Source: an uncultured Pseudomonadota bacterium
GTDB taxonomy: Bacteria; Pseudomonadota; Gammaproteobacteria; Methylococcales; Methylomonadaceae
DNA: 58,189 nucleotides
Assembly: GCA_903848905.1 (NCBI GenBank)
Contig: CAINHP010000018.1
Coordinates: 1 to 58,189 of the forward strand
Reading direction: 5' to 3'
Below are positions 35,946-45,364 of the stretch, in pieces. Every line of letters starts with the position of its first letter. Within the stretch, counting starts at the first letter, position 1. The notes beneath the pieces are model-generated. The model was not told the origin of the DNA, did no database searches, and saw only the letters and a program-made list of their open reading frames with translations. The translations under genes and the position numbers were made by a program.

Positions 35946-36049
35946 CTAACCATTATTTATGGTGTATCTTTTAAAGATTATATAAAAATAATTTTCGCAC
36001 CAAAAATACCACTCATTCATTTTTGCAACACTTAAAAAAATAGAGAGCC

Positions 36050-38686
36050 ATGTCAAACTTCGCCAAAGAAATTATTCCCGTTAATCTCGAAGATGAGATG
36101 AAGCAGTCCTACCTTGATTACGCGATGAGTGTCATTGTGGGGCGTGCGCTACCTGATGTGCGTGATGGCTTAAAACCCGTACATCGACGCGTGCTTTATG
36201 CTATGAGTGAATTAGGAAATGATTGGAATAAATCCTACAAGAAATCCGCACGTGTTGTCGGGGATGTCATCGGTAAATACCATCCTCATGGTGATACTGC
36301 TGTTTACGACACAATGGTTCGGATGGCCCAGCCATTTTCAATGCGGCACATGCTAATTGATGGACAGGGTAATTTCGGTAGTGTTGACGGTGATTCTCCT
36401 GCTGCGATGCGATACACTGAAGTACGTATGGCTAAAATCGCCCACGAAATGCTCGCCGATATAGACAAAGAGACCGTCGATTTCACCCCAAACTATGATG
36501 AATCCGAGTCTGAACCGGCTGTTCTACCAACGCGTATCCCAACGTTACTAATTAATGGATCATCGGGCATTGCTGTTGGAATGGCAACGAATATTCCCCC
36601 ACACAATCTCAGCGAAGTAATTAGTGCTTGTTTAGCCTTAATTGACGACCCTGATCTCACCATTGCCGACTTGATGACGCATATTCACGGCCCTGACTTC
36701 CCGACAGCTGGTTTTATAAACGGGGCTGCAGGTATTGGCCATGCTTATGAAACAGGACGCGGAAAAATTTATTTACGTGCACGTTGCCACTTTGAACCTA
36801 TCGGGGATAGCTCGCGCGAAGCAATCGTGACGACTGAACTTCCTTATCAAGTCAACAAAGCGCGCTTACTTGAAAAAATCGCAGAACTAGTTAAAGAAGG
36901 TAAATTAGAAGGAATTTCAGGTCTACGCGATGAATCTGACAAAGATGGCATGCGCATGGTTGTCGAACTCAAACGTGGTGAAGTAGCTGAAGTAGTTTTA
37001 AATAATCTTTATAAACAAACACAATTTCAAACTGTTTTTGGCATGAATATGGTCGCACTACTTAATGGGCGTCCTTACTGCTTAAACTTAAAAGAAATTC
37101 TGGATGCGTTTATCAATCACCGCCGTGAAATTGTGACTCGTAGAACCGTCTATTTGCTTCGTAAAGCCCGTGAACGAGCGCATATTCTTGAAGGTTTAGC
37201 TATAGCCTTAGCTAACATAGATGAAATGATTGCAATGATCAAGGCCGCAAAAACGCCTGCTGAAGCAAAGGAAGGCTTATTGGCAACGCAATGGGAAGCC
37301 GGTCTTGTTTTATCACTTATTGAACGCACCAATGCGGTTGATTCACGCCCCGATAATTTAGCACTCGAATTTGGTTTAGCGGGGAATTTTTATCGCTTAT
37401 CCGAAGCGCAAGCACAAGCCATTTTAGAATTGCGCCTACATCGCTTAACTGGCTTAGAACAAGAAAAAATCGTCAATGAATACACACAATTGCTTGAGCA
37501 AATTGCCTTTTATTTGCATATCCTAGCGGACGATTTACGCTTAATGGAAGTGATACGTGAAGAGTTAGTTGCCATAAAAGAACAATACAGTGAACCACGC
37601 CGTACTGAAATCATGATAAATCAATCGGATTTAACCAATGAAGATTTGATTACAGAAGAAGATATGGTAGTCACTGTTTCTTATGAAGGTTATGTCAAAG
37701 CACAACCTTTAAGTGACTATCAAGCCCAGCATCGCGGTGGACGTGGCAAATCAGCCACAGCGACAAAAGAAGCTGACTTTATCGAGCAGCTTATTGTTGC
37801 CAATACGCACGACACTATTCTTTGTTTTTCATCAAAAGGCAAAGTTTACGCACTCAAAGTATATCAACTCCCGATTGCAAGTCGCGCATCGCGTGGTAAA
37901 CCTTTTGTTAATTTACTGCCTTTAGAAGCGAACGAAAAAATTAATGCGTTTCTAGCCACGCGTGATTATGATGAAAACAAATTCGTCTTTATGGCAACTT
38001 CTGCTGGCACTGTTAAGAAAACACCGTTAAGTGAATTTGCTTATCAGCGAACAAGCGGCAAAATTGCCATTGATTTACGCGAAGACGACACGTTAATTGG
38101 CGTGGCCATCACCGATGGCCAGCAAAACATCATGCTTTTTAGCAGCAATGGTAAAGCTATTCGCTTTAATGAAGCCGATGTTCGCTCAATGGGGCGAGGT
38201 GCTGCCGGTGTACGTGGATTTAGATTAACAGAAGATCAAAAAGTGATTTCACTGATTGTTGCTTCAGAAGGCGATGTGCTAACTATTACGGAAAATGGAT
38301 TTGGTAAACGGACTATTGTTGACAAATTTCGTCATCAAGGACGTGGCGGTTCGGGTGTTATTGCGATGCAAACCTCAGAGCGAAACGGCGAAGTCATTGG
38401 TGCATTGCTCGTGAGCGATAATGATGAACTCATGATCATTACCGATGGTGGCACACTTGTTAGGACGCGAGTAGCCGAAATTTCAGTTGTTGGTCGCAGT
38501 GCTCAAGGGGTTCGTGTAATTCGTTTAGATGAAGGTGAAAAAGTGGTCGGCGTGGATCGTATCGCTGGATTGCCCGATGATGAATTGAACGCTACCGACG
38601 ATTTTATTAGTGATGATGACAGCGAAAACCCTATTATTCACGACATAAATGACGATGAAATTCTCGACAATTCACAAGATGATTAA
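36050..38686 (+). CDS. gyrA: DNA gyrase subunit A
   Basis: 878 aa. [14 protein letters not shown], active-site AAMRYTE, a C-terminal beta-pinwheel and an acidic tail. Confidence 0.98.
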   Translation: MSNFAKEIIPVNLEDEMKQSYLDYAMSVIVGRALPDVRDGLKPVHRRVLYAMSELGNDWNKSYKKSARVVGDVIGKYHPHGDTAVYDTMVRMAQPFSMRHMLIDGQGNFGSVDGDSPAAMRYTEVRMAKIAHEMLADIDKETVDFTPNYDESESEPAVLPTRIPTLLINGSSGIAVGMATNIPPHNLSEVISACLALIDDPDLTIADLMTHIHGPDFPTAGFINGAAGIGHAYETGRGKIYLRARCHFEPIGDSSREAIVTTELPYQVNKARLLEKIAELVKEGKLEGISGLRDESDKDGMRMVVELKRGEVAEVVLNNLYKQTQFQTVFGMNMVALLNGRPYCLNLKEILDAFINHRREIVTRRTVYLLRKARERAHILEGLAIALANIDEMIAMIKAAKTPAEAKEGLLATQWEAGLVLSLIERTNAVDSRPDNLALEFGLAGNFYRLSEAQAQAILELRLHRLTGLEQEKIVNEYTQLLEQIAFYLHILADDLRLMEVIREELVAIKEQYSEPRRTEIMINQSDLTNEDLITEEDMVVTVSYEGYVKAQPLSDYQAQHRGGRGKSATATKEADFIEQLIVANTHDTILCFSSKGKVYALKVYQLPIASRASRGKPFVNLLPLEANEKINAFLATRDYDENKFVFMATSAGTVKKTPLSEFAYQRTSGKIAIDLREDDTLIGVAITDGQQNIMLFSSNGKAIRFNEADVRSMGRGAAGVRGFRLTEDQKVISLIVASEGDVLTITENGFGKRTIVDKFRHQGRGGSGVIAMQTSERNGEVIGALLVSDNDELMIITDGGTLVRTRVAEISVVGRSAQGVRVIRLDEGEKVVGVDRIAGLPDDELNATDDFISDDDSENPIIHDINDDEILDNSQDD

Positions 38687-38691
38687 ACACA

Positions 38692-39114
38692 ATGGAAAAC
38701 TTTACCCCTTATTCCGCGCTGATTGGCGGCTGTCTAATAGGCTTATCAGCCGCGTTATTGTTATTTTTTAATGGCAGAGTTGCTGGCATATCTGGCATAA
38801 TTGTTGACAGTTTTAGTGCGGAAATAGAAAATCGTTACTGGCGAGCATTTTTCTTAATAGGATTAATGTTCAGTGCGGCCATTGTGAATACTTTTTTCCC
38901 CGTTGTACCTGTAACCTATTCTCGTAATATTTTACTGGTCATTGTGTCGGGTATTTTAGTTGGATATGGCACACGCCTTGGTAATGGATGTACAAGTGGA
39001 CATGCCGTTTGTGGTTTAGCGCGATTTTCATTGCGCTCAGCGGTGGCAACAATTACATTCATGTCAACAGCCATATTAACATCGTATATCATGCGACATA
39101 TTTTAGAGTACTAA
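38692..39114 (+). CDS. YeeE/YedE-family half-size membrane protein (sulfur-compound transport component)
   Basis: 140 aa, four TM segments. Conserved GNGCTSGHAVCG motif. Starts 5 nt after the gyrA stop. Confidence 0.75.
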   Translation: MENFTPYSALIGGCLIGLSAALLLFFNGRVAGISGIIVDSFSAEIENRYWRAFFLIGLMFSAAIVNTFFPVVPVTYSRNILLVIVSGILVGYGTRLGNGCTSGHAVCGLARFSLRSAVATITFMSTAILTSYIMRHILEY

Positions 39115-39115
39115 A

Positions 39116-39535
39116 ATGACCAAAAATATAGTAGCTTTAATTTGTGGAATATTATTTGGTCTAGGATTAACCATTTCTCAGATGAGTAATCCTGATAAAG
39201 TCCTTGCTTTTTTGGATATTGCAGGAAACTGGGACTTGAGCTTAATGCTTGTGATGTTTAGCGCCCTAACCACACTAAGTGTGGCGCAATATTTTATTTT
39301 AAAACGCCAAAAACCTGTATGTGATAGTCAATTTTATTTACCTAAAAAAGGTAATATCATTGAAGTTAGACTTATTTTAGGTGCAGTATTTTTTGGTGTA
39401 GGTTGGGGACTTGTCGGGTATTGTCCAGGTTCAGCGCTCGCAGCACTGAGTGATGGCAAACGTGAACCCTTTATTTTTACCATTGCCTTAGGGATAGGCA
39501 TGATGTTATTTAGTCGGTTCCATAATAAAAAATAA
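39116..39535 (+). CDS. YeeE/YedE-family half-size membrane protein, second half
   Basis: 139 aa, four TM segments. GYCPGSAL motif. Starts 1 nt after the previous stop. Confidence 0.7.
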   Translation: MTKNIVALICGILFGLGLTISQMSNPDKVLAFLDIAGNWDLSLMLVMFSALTTLSVAQYFILKRQKPVCDSQFYLPKKGNIIEVRLILGAVFFGVGWGLVGYCPGSALAALSDGKREPFIFTIALGIGMMLFSRFHNKK

Positions 39536-39573
39536 TGTAATTTAAATTACCGCGTACTTGGAGACGTCATACT

Positions 39574-41391
39574 ATGAAAAAACATTTCATGAACATTTTC
39601 TTTATTCTTGCCATCAGTAGTGCGAGTTACTTTGTTTTTGAACGAATGAACTCTGAACCACCTGTTGATAATTCACTGGCATATTCAGACTTTATTTCGC
39701 GTGTTAAAAATAAACAAGTTGACCGTGTTGAAATAATGGGGCAAATGATCAAGTTACGTACATCAGATGGCGAAACTTACGAAACATTTAACCCAGGTGA
39801 TGGCCATCTCATTGACGATTTACTGGCTGCTGATGTACAAATTCGCACAAGAGTGCCCACTCAACAATCGATGTTTATGCAAATCTTCATCGCTTGGTTC
39901 CCCATGTTCTTATTTATTTTAGTATGGATCATTTATATGCGTCGTTCACAAGGAATGGGCGCAAATGGATTTGGTAAAAGCAAAGCGAAAATGCTAGAAG
40001 AAGATAAATTAACCGTTAAATTTGCAGATGTTGCAGGTTGCGAGGAAGCAAAAGAAGAAGTATCGGAATTAGTTGATTTTCTAGCTGATCCACAAAAATT
40101 CCAAAAATTGGGCGGTCAAATTCCACGCGGTATTTTAATGGTTGGTCCTCCAGGAACGGGTAAAACGTTAATTGCAAAAGCGATCGCTGGTGAAGCAGGC
40201 GTTAAATTCTTTAGTATTTCAGGTTCTGACTTTGTTGAAATGTTTGTAGGTGTTGGTGCATCTCGCGTTCGTGATATGTTCGCACAAGCAAAAGAGCATT
40301 CACCTTGCATTATTTTCATAGATGAAATTGACGCCGTCGGTCGTCAACGTGGTGGTGTTGGCATGGGAGGAGGCAACGATGAACGTGAGCAAACTTTAAA
40401 CCAATTACTCGTCGAAATGGACGGTTTTAACGGAAATGAAGGCGTCATTATTATTGCGGCAACAAATCGCGCTGATGTACTTGATAAAGCGCTACTTCGT
40501 CCAGGTCGATTTGATCGTCAAGTAAATGTTGGTTTACCTGATGTACGTGGTCGCGAACAAATCCTCAATGTTCACATTAAAAAAGTACCTGCCGCTTTAG
40601 ATGTCAAGTTATACGACTTGGCACGAGGTACACCAGGCTTTTCTGGAGCGGATTTGGCTAATATTGTCAATGAAGCAGCTTTACTCGCTGCACGATCTAA
40701 TAAAAAAGAAGTTACCATGAGTGACCTCGAAAAAGCCAAAGACAAAATTCTAATGGGCGCTGAAAAACGCACCATGGTGATGAGCGAAGAAGATAAATTA
40801 CTCACTGCATACCACGAAGCGGGACATTGTATTGTCGGTCAACTATCACCCGAACATGATTCTGTTTATAAAGTCAGCATTATGCCACGTGGTCGCGCCT
40901 TAGGTATTACGATGTTCCTACCTGAACAAGACCAATACAGCGCAAGTAAACGCAAGCTTGAAAGTCAAATTGCAAGTTTATTTGGTGGACGCATTGCCGA
41001 ATTGATGATTTACGGTGGGGATCGTGTTACAACCGGTGCATCTAACGATATCGAAAGAGCGACTGAATTAGCACGTAACATGGTAACTCGATGGGGATTT
41101 TCTGAAAAATTAGGTCCTCTAGTTTACGGTGAAGAAAGTGGTCAACCTTTTATGGGATATGCGGCTAAAGGTGGTAAAAACTCTGAATCTGTAACCCAAC
41201 AAATAGATGAAGAAATTCGTGGGGTGATTGATTCGAATTACCAACGTGCTGAGAAAATTTTGCAAGATAACATCAGTATTTTGCATAATATGGCAAAAGC
41301 ATTAATGAAATGGGAAACCATTGATAAGACACAAATCGATGCGCTAATGATGGGCAATGAGCCATTGCCACACCCAGAATTCCCGCAATAA
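39574..41391 (+). CDS. ftsH: ATP-dependent zinc metalloprotease FtsH
   Basis: 605 aa. Two N-terminal TM helices, GPPGTGKT, the SRH region and the HEAGH zinc site. Collinear with E. coli FtsH. Confidence 0.96.
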   Translation: MKKHFMNIFFILAISSASYFVFERMNSEPPVDNSLAYSDFISRVKNKQVDRVEIMGQMIKLRTSDGETYETFNPGDGHLIDDLLAADVQIRTRVPTQQSMFMQIFIAWFPMFLFILVWIIYMRRSQGMGANGFGKSKAKMLEEDKLTVKFADVAGCEEAKEEVSELVDFLADPQKFQKLGGQIPRGILMVGPPGTGKTLIAKAIAGEAGVKFFSISGSDFVEMFVGVGASRVRDMFAQAKEHSPCIIFIDEIDAVGRQRGGVGMGGGNDEREQTLNQLLVEMDGFNGNEGVIIIAATNRADVLDKALLRPGRFDRQVNVGLPDVRGREQILNVHIKKVPAALDVKLYDLARGTPGFSGADLANIVNEAALLAARSNKKEVTMSDLEKAKDKILMGAEKRTMVMSEEDKLLTAYHEAGHCIVGQLSPEHDSVYKVSIMPRGRALGITMFLPEQDQYSASKRKLESQIASLFGGRIAELMIYGGDRVTTGASNDIERATELARNMVTRWGFSEKLGPLVYGEESGQPFMGYAAKGGKNSESVTQQIDEEIRGVIDSNYQRAEKILQDNISILHNMAKALMKWETIDKTQIDALMMGNEPLPHPEFPQ

Positions 41392-41400
41392 ATTCTTAAA

Positions 41401-41440
41401 ATACCGCGAATACTATTTTGGTATTCGCGGTATTTATTTC
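41401..41440 (+). terminator. Rho-independent terminator after ftsH
   Basis: Perfect 13-bp stem ataccgcgaatac / gtattcgcggtat with a 7-nt loop, followed by ttatttc. Confidence 0.75.
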
Positions 41441-41452
41441 GCAAAATCCTCT

Positions 41453-41800
41453 ATGAAAATAACACTCTACCATAATCCTCAATGTAGTAAATCACATAAA
41501 ACATTAAAAATTTTGCAAGAAAAAGGTGTTGAAGTGATTATTATTGAATATCTAAAAAACCCGCTTACACTTTCTGAGTTAGAATCTATTTCACAAAAAC
41601 TCAATATGCATCCGCGTCAATTTATGCGTACAAATGAAGATGCCTATAAAACAGGAAATTTAGCGGATGCGACTTTATCCAATAAGGATCTTTTTCAAGC
41701 CATTATCAATCATCCAAGGTTACTTGAACGCCCTATTGCTATTTCGCAAAACAGTGCAGCAATTGGTCGTCCACCTGAAAACGTTTTAGCGTTATTGTAA
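41453..41800 (+). CDS. arsC: ArsC-family (glutaredoxin-type arsenate reductase-like) protein
   Basis: 115 aa from the ATG at 41453. The ORF-track extension overlaps the ftsH terminator. ITLYHNPQCSKS carries the catalytic Cys, and the RPI...GRP end is collinear with E. coli ArsC. Confidence 0.75.
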   Translation: MKITLYHNPQCSKSHKTLKILQEKGVEVIIIEYLKNPLTLSELESISQKLNMHPRQFMRTNEDAYKTGNLADATLSNKDLFQAIINHPRLLERPIAISQNSAAIGRPPENVLALL

Positions 41801-42171
41801 TGGTTAAATTTGAAGCAAAATTCTATTATTGGCTAGCACTCAGTGCATTTTTAGGATTATTTACCTTACTTATGCTTTGGAATACTGTTCTGGCACCTTC
41901 GACACGTTTTCCCATTGCCCTACTCCTTTTAATTACCGTTACACCGCTATTAATTCCCCTCAGAGGCATGCTTAAGGAGAAGAGAAAGAGTTGCGGATGG
42001 ATGGCCTATATTAGTCTATTTTATATCATTCATGGTATAACTGAATGCTATGCAAACGATGCAGAACGCTATTATGCGTCTTTAGAAGTTTTTTTTAGTA
42101 TACTACTGTTTTTAGGGTCTGCATTTTATGTGCGCACTGTCAGCAAAACAATCCAAATACCTCATGTCTGA
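41800..42171 (+). CDS. Small four-TM membrane protein, DUF2069-like
   Basis: 123 aa, hydrophobic. As I recall, DUF2069 genes lie next to arsC-like genes in other Gammaproteobacteria. Not verified by search. Confidence 0.45.
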   Translation: MVKFEAKFYYWLALSAFLGLFTLLMLWNTVLAPSTRFPIALLLLITVTPLLIPLRGMLKEKRKSCGWMAYISLFYIIHGITECYANDAERYYASLEVFFSILLFLGSAFYVRTVSKTIQIPHV

Positions 42172-42868
42172 ACAATATCCTCTTCATTTTGAATTTCTAG
42201 CAAATCAGACGTTTAATGATTTTTTTTCTGGAGAAAATCAACCAATCATCGAAAATCTACAACATTGCGTTTTAGGAAATGGAGAGAAAAATATTTTTCT
42301 ATGGGGAAAGTCTGGGCAAGGAAAAAGCCATCTACTCCAAGCGTGCTGTCATTTTGCACAACAACATCAAAAACCTTCTTTTTATTTTGATTTATCACGT
42401 AATTCCAGACATCAACCAGCCATTCTAAAAGGTATTGATGAATATGATGTAGTGTGCCTTGATAATGTAGACACTGTTGTTGGAAATGAAAGCTGGGAAC
42501 TTGCTATATATGAACTGATGAAATATCAATATCAGAAAGGACACCAATTAATTATTTCATCAAGTTATTTGCCAAATCACTTGGAAGTTATCACGAGTGA
42601 CCTGAAAGAATACTTAAACTGGGGTTTAATTCTACAATTGAAAACCCTAGTAGATACAAATAACATTGACGCACTCATTTTCAAAGCAGATTCAATGGGA
42701 TTTGAAATTTCACCGCAAGCAGGTCGATTTTTAGTGATTCAACATCAAGCTGAATTACATGATCTGTGGCTTTTACTTGAAAAAATAGACCGCGCGTCAT
42801 TAGCTGCCAAGCGAAAATTAACGGTTCATTTTCTTAAACAATTATTCAACACCACCAAACTCTATTGA
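42164..42868 (+). CDS. hda: DnaA regulatory inactivator Hda
   Basis: The start at MSEQYPLHFEF gives a clamp-binding-like QxPLxF N-terminus. AAA+ GKSGQGKSHLL, and a C-terminal end ...DRASLAAKRKLTVHFLKQL collinear with E. coli Hda. Confidence 0.88.
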   Translation: MSEQYPLHFEFLANQTFNDFFSGENQPIIENLQHCVLGNGEKNIFLWGKSGQGKSHLLQACCHFAQQHQKPSFYFDLSRNSRHQPAILKGIDEYDVVCLDNVDTVVGNESWELAIYELMKYQYQKGHQLIISSSYLPNHLEVITSDLKEYLNWGLILQLKTLVDTNNIDALIFKADSMGFEISPQAGRFLVIQHQAELHDLWLLLEKIDRASLAAKRKLTVHFLKQLFNTTKLY

Positions 42869-42956
42869 TGTGCAATGGTCAATTAAATTCTTAAAAGAAC
42901 ATCTTTTTAGTTCGGACTCTATGCATTTTGAGTGAATTATTCAAAAAATAAGCATA

Positions 42957-43001
42957 TAAAAAACCCACTCAAAGCTTTAAACCTAGAATGGGTTTTATTT
43001 A
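42957..43001. terminator. Possible bidirectional terminator between convergent hda and tal
   Basis: aaaacccactc ... gaatgggtttt forms an 11-bp stem (one mismatch or wobble pair depending on strand) with a 15-nt loop. An A-run precedes it and a T-run follows. Confidence 0.5.
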
Positions 43002-43012
43002 TTAAACGAAAA

Positions 43013-43999
43013 TTAAGCTTCTAGAGCAGCTAAACGGTTCGCTAACAATTCTTCCAAAACAACAAGCGCTTTTGCAAAACCATCAATGCCTTCTGCAAGT
43101 TTTTCTGAAGCCATACGATTTTCAGCATGCATATGCTCAAACGTTCCATGATCAACACTAATTTTCTCAATTGACGATGCAGCAGCATTCTCTACTGTCA
43201 ATTTACGTGGCAATTCACCCTGTGTTTTTTGTAATTCATCAAGTAATGAAGGGGCAATTGTCAGTAAATCACTACCTGCTAATTCTGTAATTTCGCCAAC
43301 GTTACGGAAACTTGCGCCCATAACTTCAGTGTGGTAACCGAATTTTTTATAATAATTATAAATTTCAGTAACAGATACAACACCCGGATCTTCAGCAGGC
43401 GTATATGAATCACGACCTGTATCTTTTTTGTACCAATCTAAAATACGACCCACAAAAGGTGAAATTAACGTAATACCATTTTCAGCACACGCAATCGCTT
43501 GATGCAAACCAAACAGTAATGTTAAGTTACAGTGAATACCTTCTTTTTCTAAAACTGCTGCAGCTTGGATACCTTCCCATGTTGCTGCAATTTTAATCAA
43601 TACACGCTTACGATCAATGCCTGCAGCTTCATACTGCGCGATTAACTCACGTCCTTTGGTAACCGTCGCATCGGTATCAAAAGATAAACGTGCGTCTACT
43701 TCTGTTGAAACACGACCAGGAATGATTTCTAAAATTTTCAAACCAAACGAGACGGCTAAACGATCAAACGCTAATGTGACAACATCCGCTGCAGATGCAC
43801 TTGCACCTAAAGTCCCACGCGCCCCTTTCAATGTATCATCAACAATACCTTGATATTGTGGCATTTGAGCAGCTGCTGTGATTAAAGACGGGTTTGTTGT
43901 TGCATCACGCGGCGTAAAAGCTTCAATAGCTTGAATATCACCAGTATCTGCCACAACCACTGTGACTTCTTTCAATTGCTCAAGTAAAGACTTACTCAT
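43013..43999 (-). CDS. tal: Transaldolase (TalB type)
   Basis: 328 aa. DATTNPSL and the Schiff-base Lys context [11 protein letters not shown]. Confidence 0.95.
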   Translation of the reverse strand: MSKSLLEQLKEVTVVVADTGDIQAIEAFTPRDATTNPSLITAAAQMPQYQGIVDDTLKGARGTLGASASAADVVTLAFDRLAVSFGLKILEIIPGRVSTEVDARLSFDTDATVTKGRELIAQYEAAGIDRKRVLIKIAATWEGIQAAAVLEKEGIHCNLTLLFGLHQAIACAENGITLISPFVGRILDWYKKDTGRDSYTPAEDPGVVSVTEIYNYYKKFGYHTEVMGASFRNVGEITELAGSDLLTIAPSLLDELQKTQGELPRKLTVENAAASSIEKISVDHGTFEHMHAENRMASEKLAEGIDGFAKALVVLEELLANRLAALEA

Positions 44000-44039
44000 T
44001 GTAGATTACCTATGTTATAAATTAAATAATGAATATAAA

Positions 44040-44642
44040 TTAGCGTTGACCTTGCAAATATTTCTCAACACCTGTCACAGCAACACTTTCAACCACAGCG
44101 TTTACGACCGCAATTGCTTCAGCTTTAGCTTGAGAAGCCGTTACAAGAGCTTGTCTAGCTAAATATTTACTGACACTGCTTGTAGTTGTTTCAGGGCGAC
44201 TTTGCAAATAACTTTCAACGCTAGTTGTTTTTTGTTTTGGCGGTGTATGTCTATCTGCTACATTTTTTTTAAGCATATACTTCGCGACACCACTCATAGG
44301 CGTGTTAATCTGACTTGCCAAATAACGTTCAACACCAGATTTTACAACAGGTGCACTATCTTTATTGTTATTTAAATATTTCGCAACACCCGTTAACACG
44401 ACAACAGGCTTATTTCGCTCGTTAATAGCTTGTCGTGCTAAATACTTAGCCACACCACTAGGTTGATTGAGCTCTTGACTTTTCAAGTATTTATCAACTT
44501 TACTGAGCGAAGGTGTTGTTGTTTGGATTTCTAAATAACGACTTACACCAGTCCCATCATGAGCTAAAATAGCATTTCGCGTAGGGGATGACGTGTAAGC
44601 ATTTTCAGAATGTGTACCAAAAAGACTTGAAAAAAAGCCCAT
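44040..44642 (-). CDS. Soluble repeat protein with nine G-V-x-K/R-Y-L-type motifs (uncharacterised)
   Basis: 200 aa with no signal peptide. N-terminal MGFFSSLFG, then motifs centred on Y36, 52, 67, 89, 107, 122, 145, 160 and 195 (for example SGVAKYLARQ, SGVERYLASQ, TGVEKYLQGQ). Linkers are rich in S/T/P/N/K. Starts 2 nt after the upstream stop. Confidence 0.7.
   Translation of the reverse strand: MGFFSSLFGTHSENAYTSSPTRNAILAHDGTGVSRYLEIQTTTPSLSKVDKYLKSQELNQPSGVAKYLARQAINERNKPVVVLTGVAKYLNNNKDSAPVVKSGVERYLASQINTPMSGVAKYMLKKNVADRHTPPKQKTTSVESYLQSRPETTTSSVSKYLARQALVTASQAKAEAIAVVNAVVESVAVTGVEKYLQGQR
44055..44552 (-). repeat. Array of nine degenerate coding repeats ([ST]-[GSK]-V-x-[KRS]-Y-[LM])
   Basis: Read from the translation. 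Spacing is 15-23 residues, except 35 before the last copy. Confidence 0.8.
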
Positions 44643-44644
44643 AA

Positions 44645-45283
44645 CTACCCCCGATCTGTATCGTTTTGAGCAGATGATTTGTGTGCGACATTTTGTCTAG
44701 CAATATATCGAGCCACATTGGTTGGAATCGTGTTGCGTTCTAAATATTTACTTACTCCTGATACTTTAGGAATTCTTGCATTTAAGTAACGTGTCACACC
44801 CGTTTCACCTGAAGCATAAACGCTATGGTGAGATACAGTTGAAGACGTTTTAGAACTTTTAGCAAAAGCAAAGCCACCCACTGCTGCCGCCGCTAACAAC
44901 CCTAAAAACAACAAATTAGAATTACCTTCTTTTTCTACTGTGGCAACAGATACATTTTCGCTCACAGTTGATGCTGATTGAATTGAAGGTGCTGATTTGG
45001 TATGTTTATAGCTTGCATCACTATAAAGCACTTTAGGCTCGAAATTTGTTGCAGGGTATCTTGCATCGAAAGCTTCTTCAACTACTGGTGCAGGAGTTGC
45101 CGCGGGTGCGGATTTTGTTGTTGCTGTGGGAGCAGCCGGTGCAGAAGATTTCACAGAAGCGTCTTGATATAGAACTTTAGGTTCAAAATCTGCTGCTGGG
45201 TATTGATTACCAGCAATTGCGACAAATGAATTGGCCATCAGCAACGTGGTGACAGCAATTTGTAGTAAATTATTTTTTTTCAC
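44645..45283 (-). CDS. Signal-peptide, single-TM protein with a C-terminal tail carrying three G-V-x-K/R-Y-L motifs (uncharacterised)
   Basis: 212 aa with a GTG start and AGGTG 5 nt upstream. Signal peptide MKKNNLLQIAVTTLLMANSFVAIA, two 18-aa repeats, TM LLFLGLLAAAAVGGFAFA followed by KSSK, then TGVTRYLNAR, SGVSKYLERN and NVARYIARQ. Confidence 0.7.
   Translation of the reverse strand: MKKNNLLQIAVTTLLMANSFVAIAGNQYPAADFEPKVLYQDASVKSSAPAAPTATTKSAPAATPAPVVEEAFDARYPATNFEPKVLYSDASYKHTKSAPSIQSASTVSENVSVATVEKEGNSNLLFLGLLAAAAVGGFAFAKSSKTSSTVSHHSVYASGETGVTRYLNARIPKVSGVSKYLERNTIPTNVARYIARQNVAHKSSAQNDTDRG
44702..44803 (-). repeat. Three copies of the G-V-x-K/R-Y-L/I motif in the post-TM tail
   Basis: The motifs centre on Y166, Y180 and Y193 of the 212-aa protein. 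This is the same motif as in the downstream 200-aa protein. Confidence 0.75.
45008..45205 (-). repeat. Two copies of an 18-aa unit (QYPAADFEPKVLYQDASV / RYPATNFEPKVLYSDASY) separated by an Ala/Pro/Thr linker
   Basis: Residues 27-44 and 75-92 of the 212-aa protein. Confidence 0.8.
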
Positions 45284-45364
45284 ATTGACACCTATCGATT
45301 AAAAGCAATCGTCACCCATTTATCATAGAGAAAACAGATGACGAGTACTAAATAAATTTAGAAA

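Noticed and set aside
35579-36049. Possible oriC. The region shows a divergent gene-orientation switch near the origin-proximal-type cluster mnmG-rsmG-parAB-atp.
   Set aside because: By eye there are only weak 6/9 matches to the DnaA box TTATCCACA (TTATCTTTA, CTATCCATT). There are two GATC sites, no AT-rich 13-mer array, and no dnaA, dnaN or rpmH nearby. A DnaA-box matrix scan and a cumulative GC-skew plot on the full genome would settle it.
39574-41391. ftsH lies outside the usual rlmE-ftsH-folP-glmM context, which might indicate a paralogue.
   Set aside because: The sequence is collinear with E. coli FtsH and all catalytic motifs are intact. Without the rest of the genome, paralogy cannot be judged.
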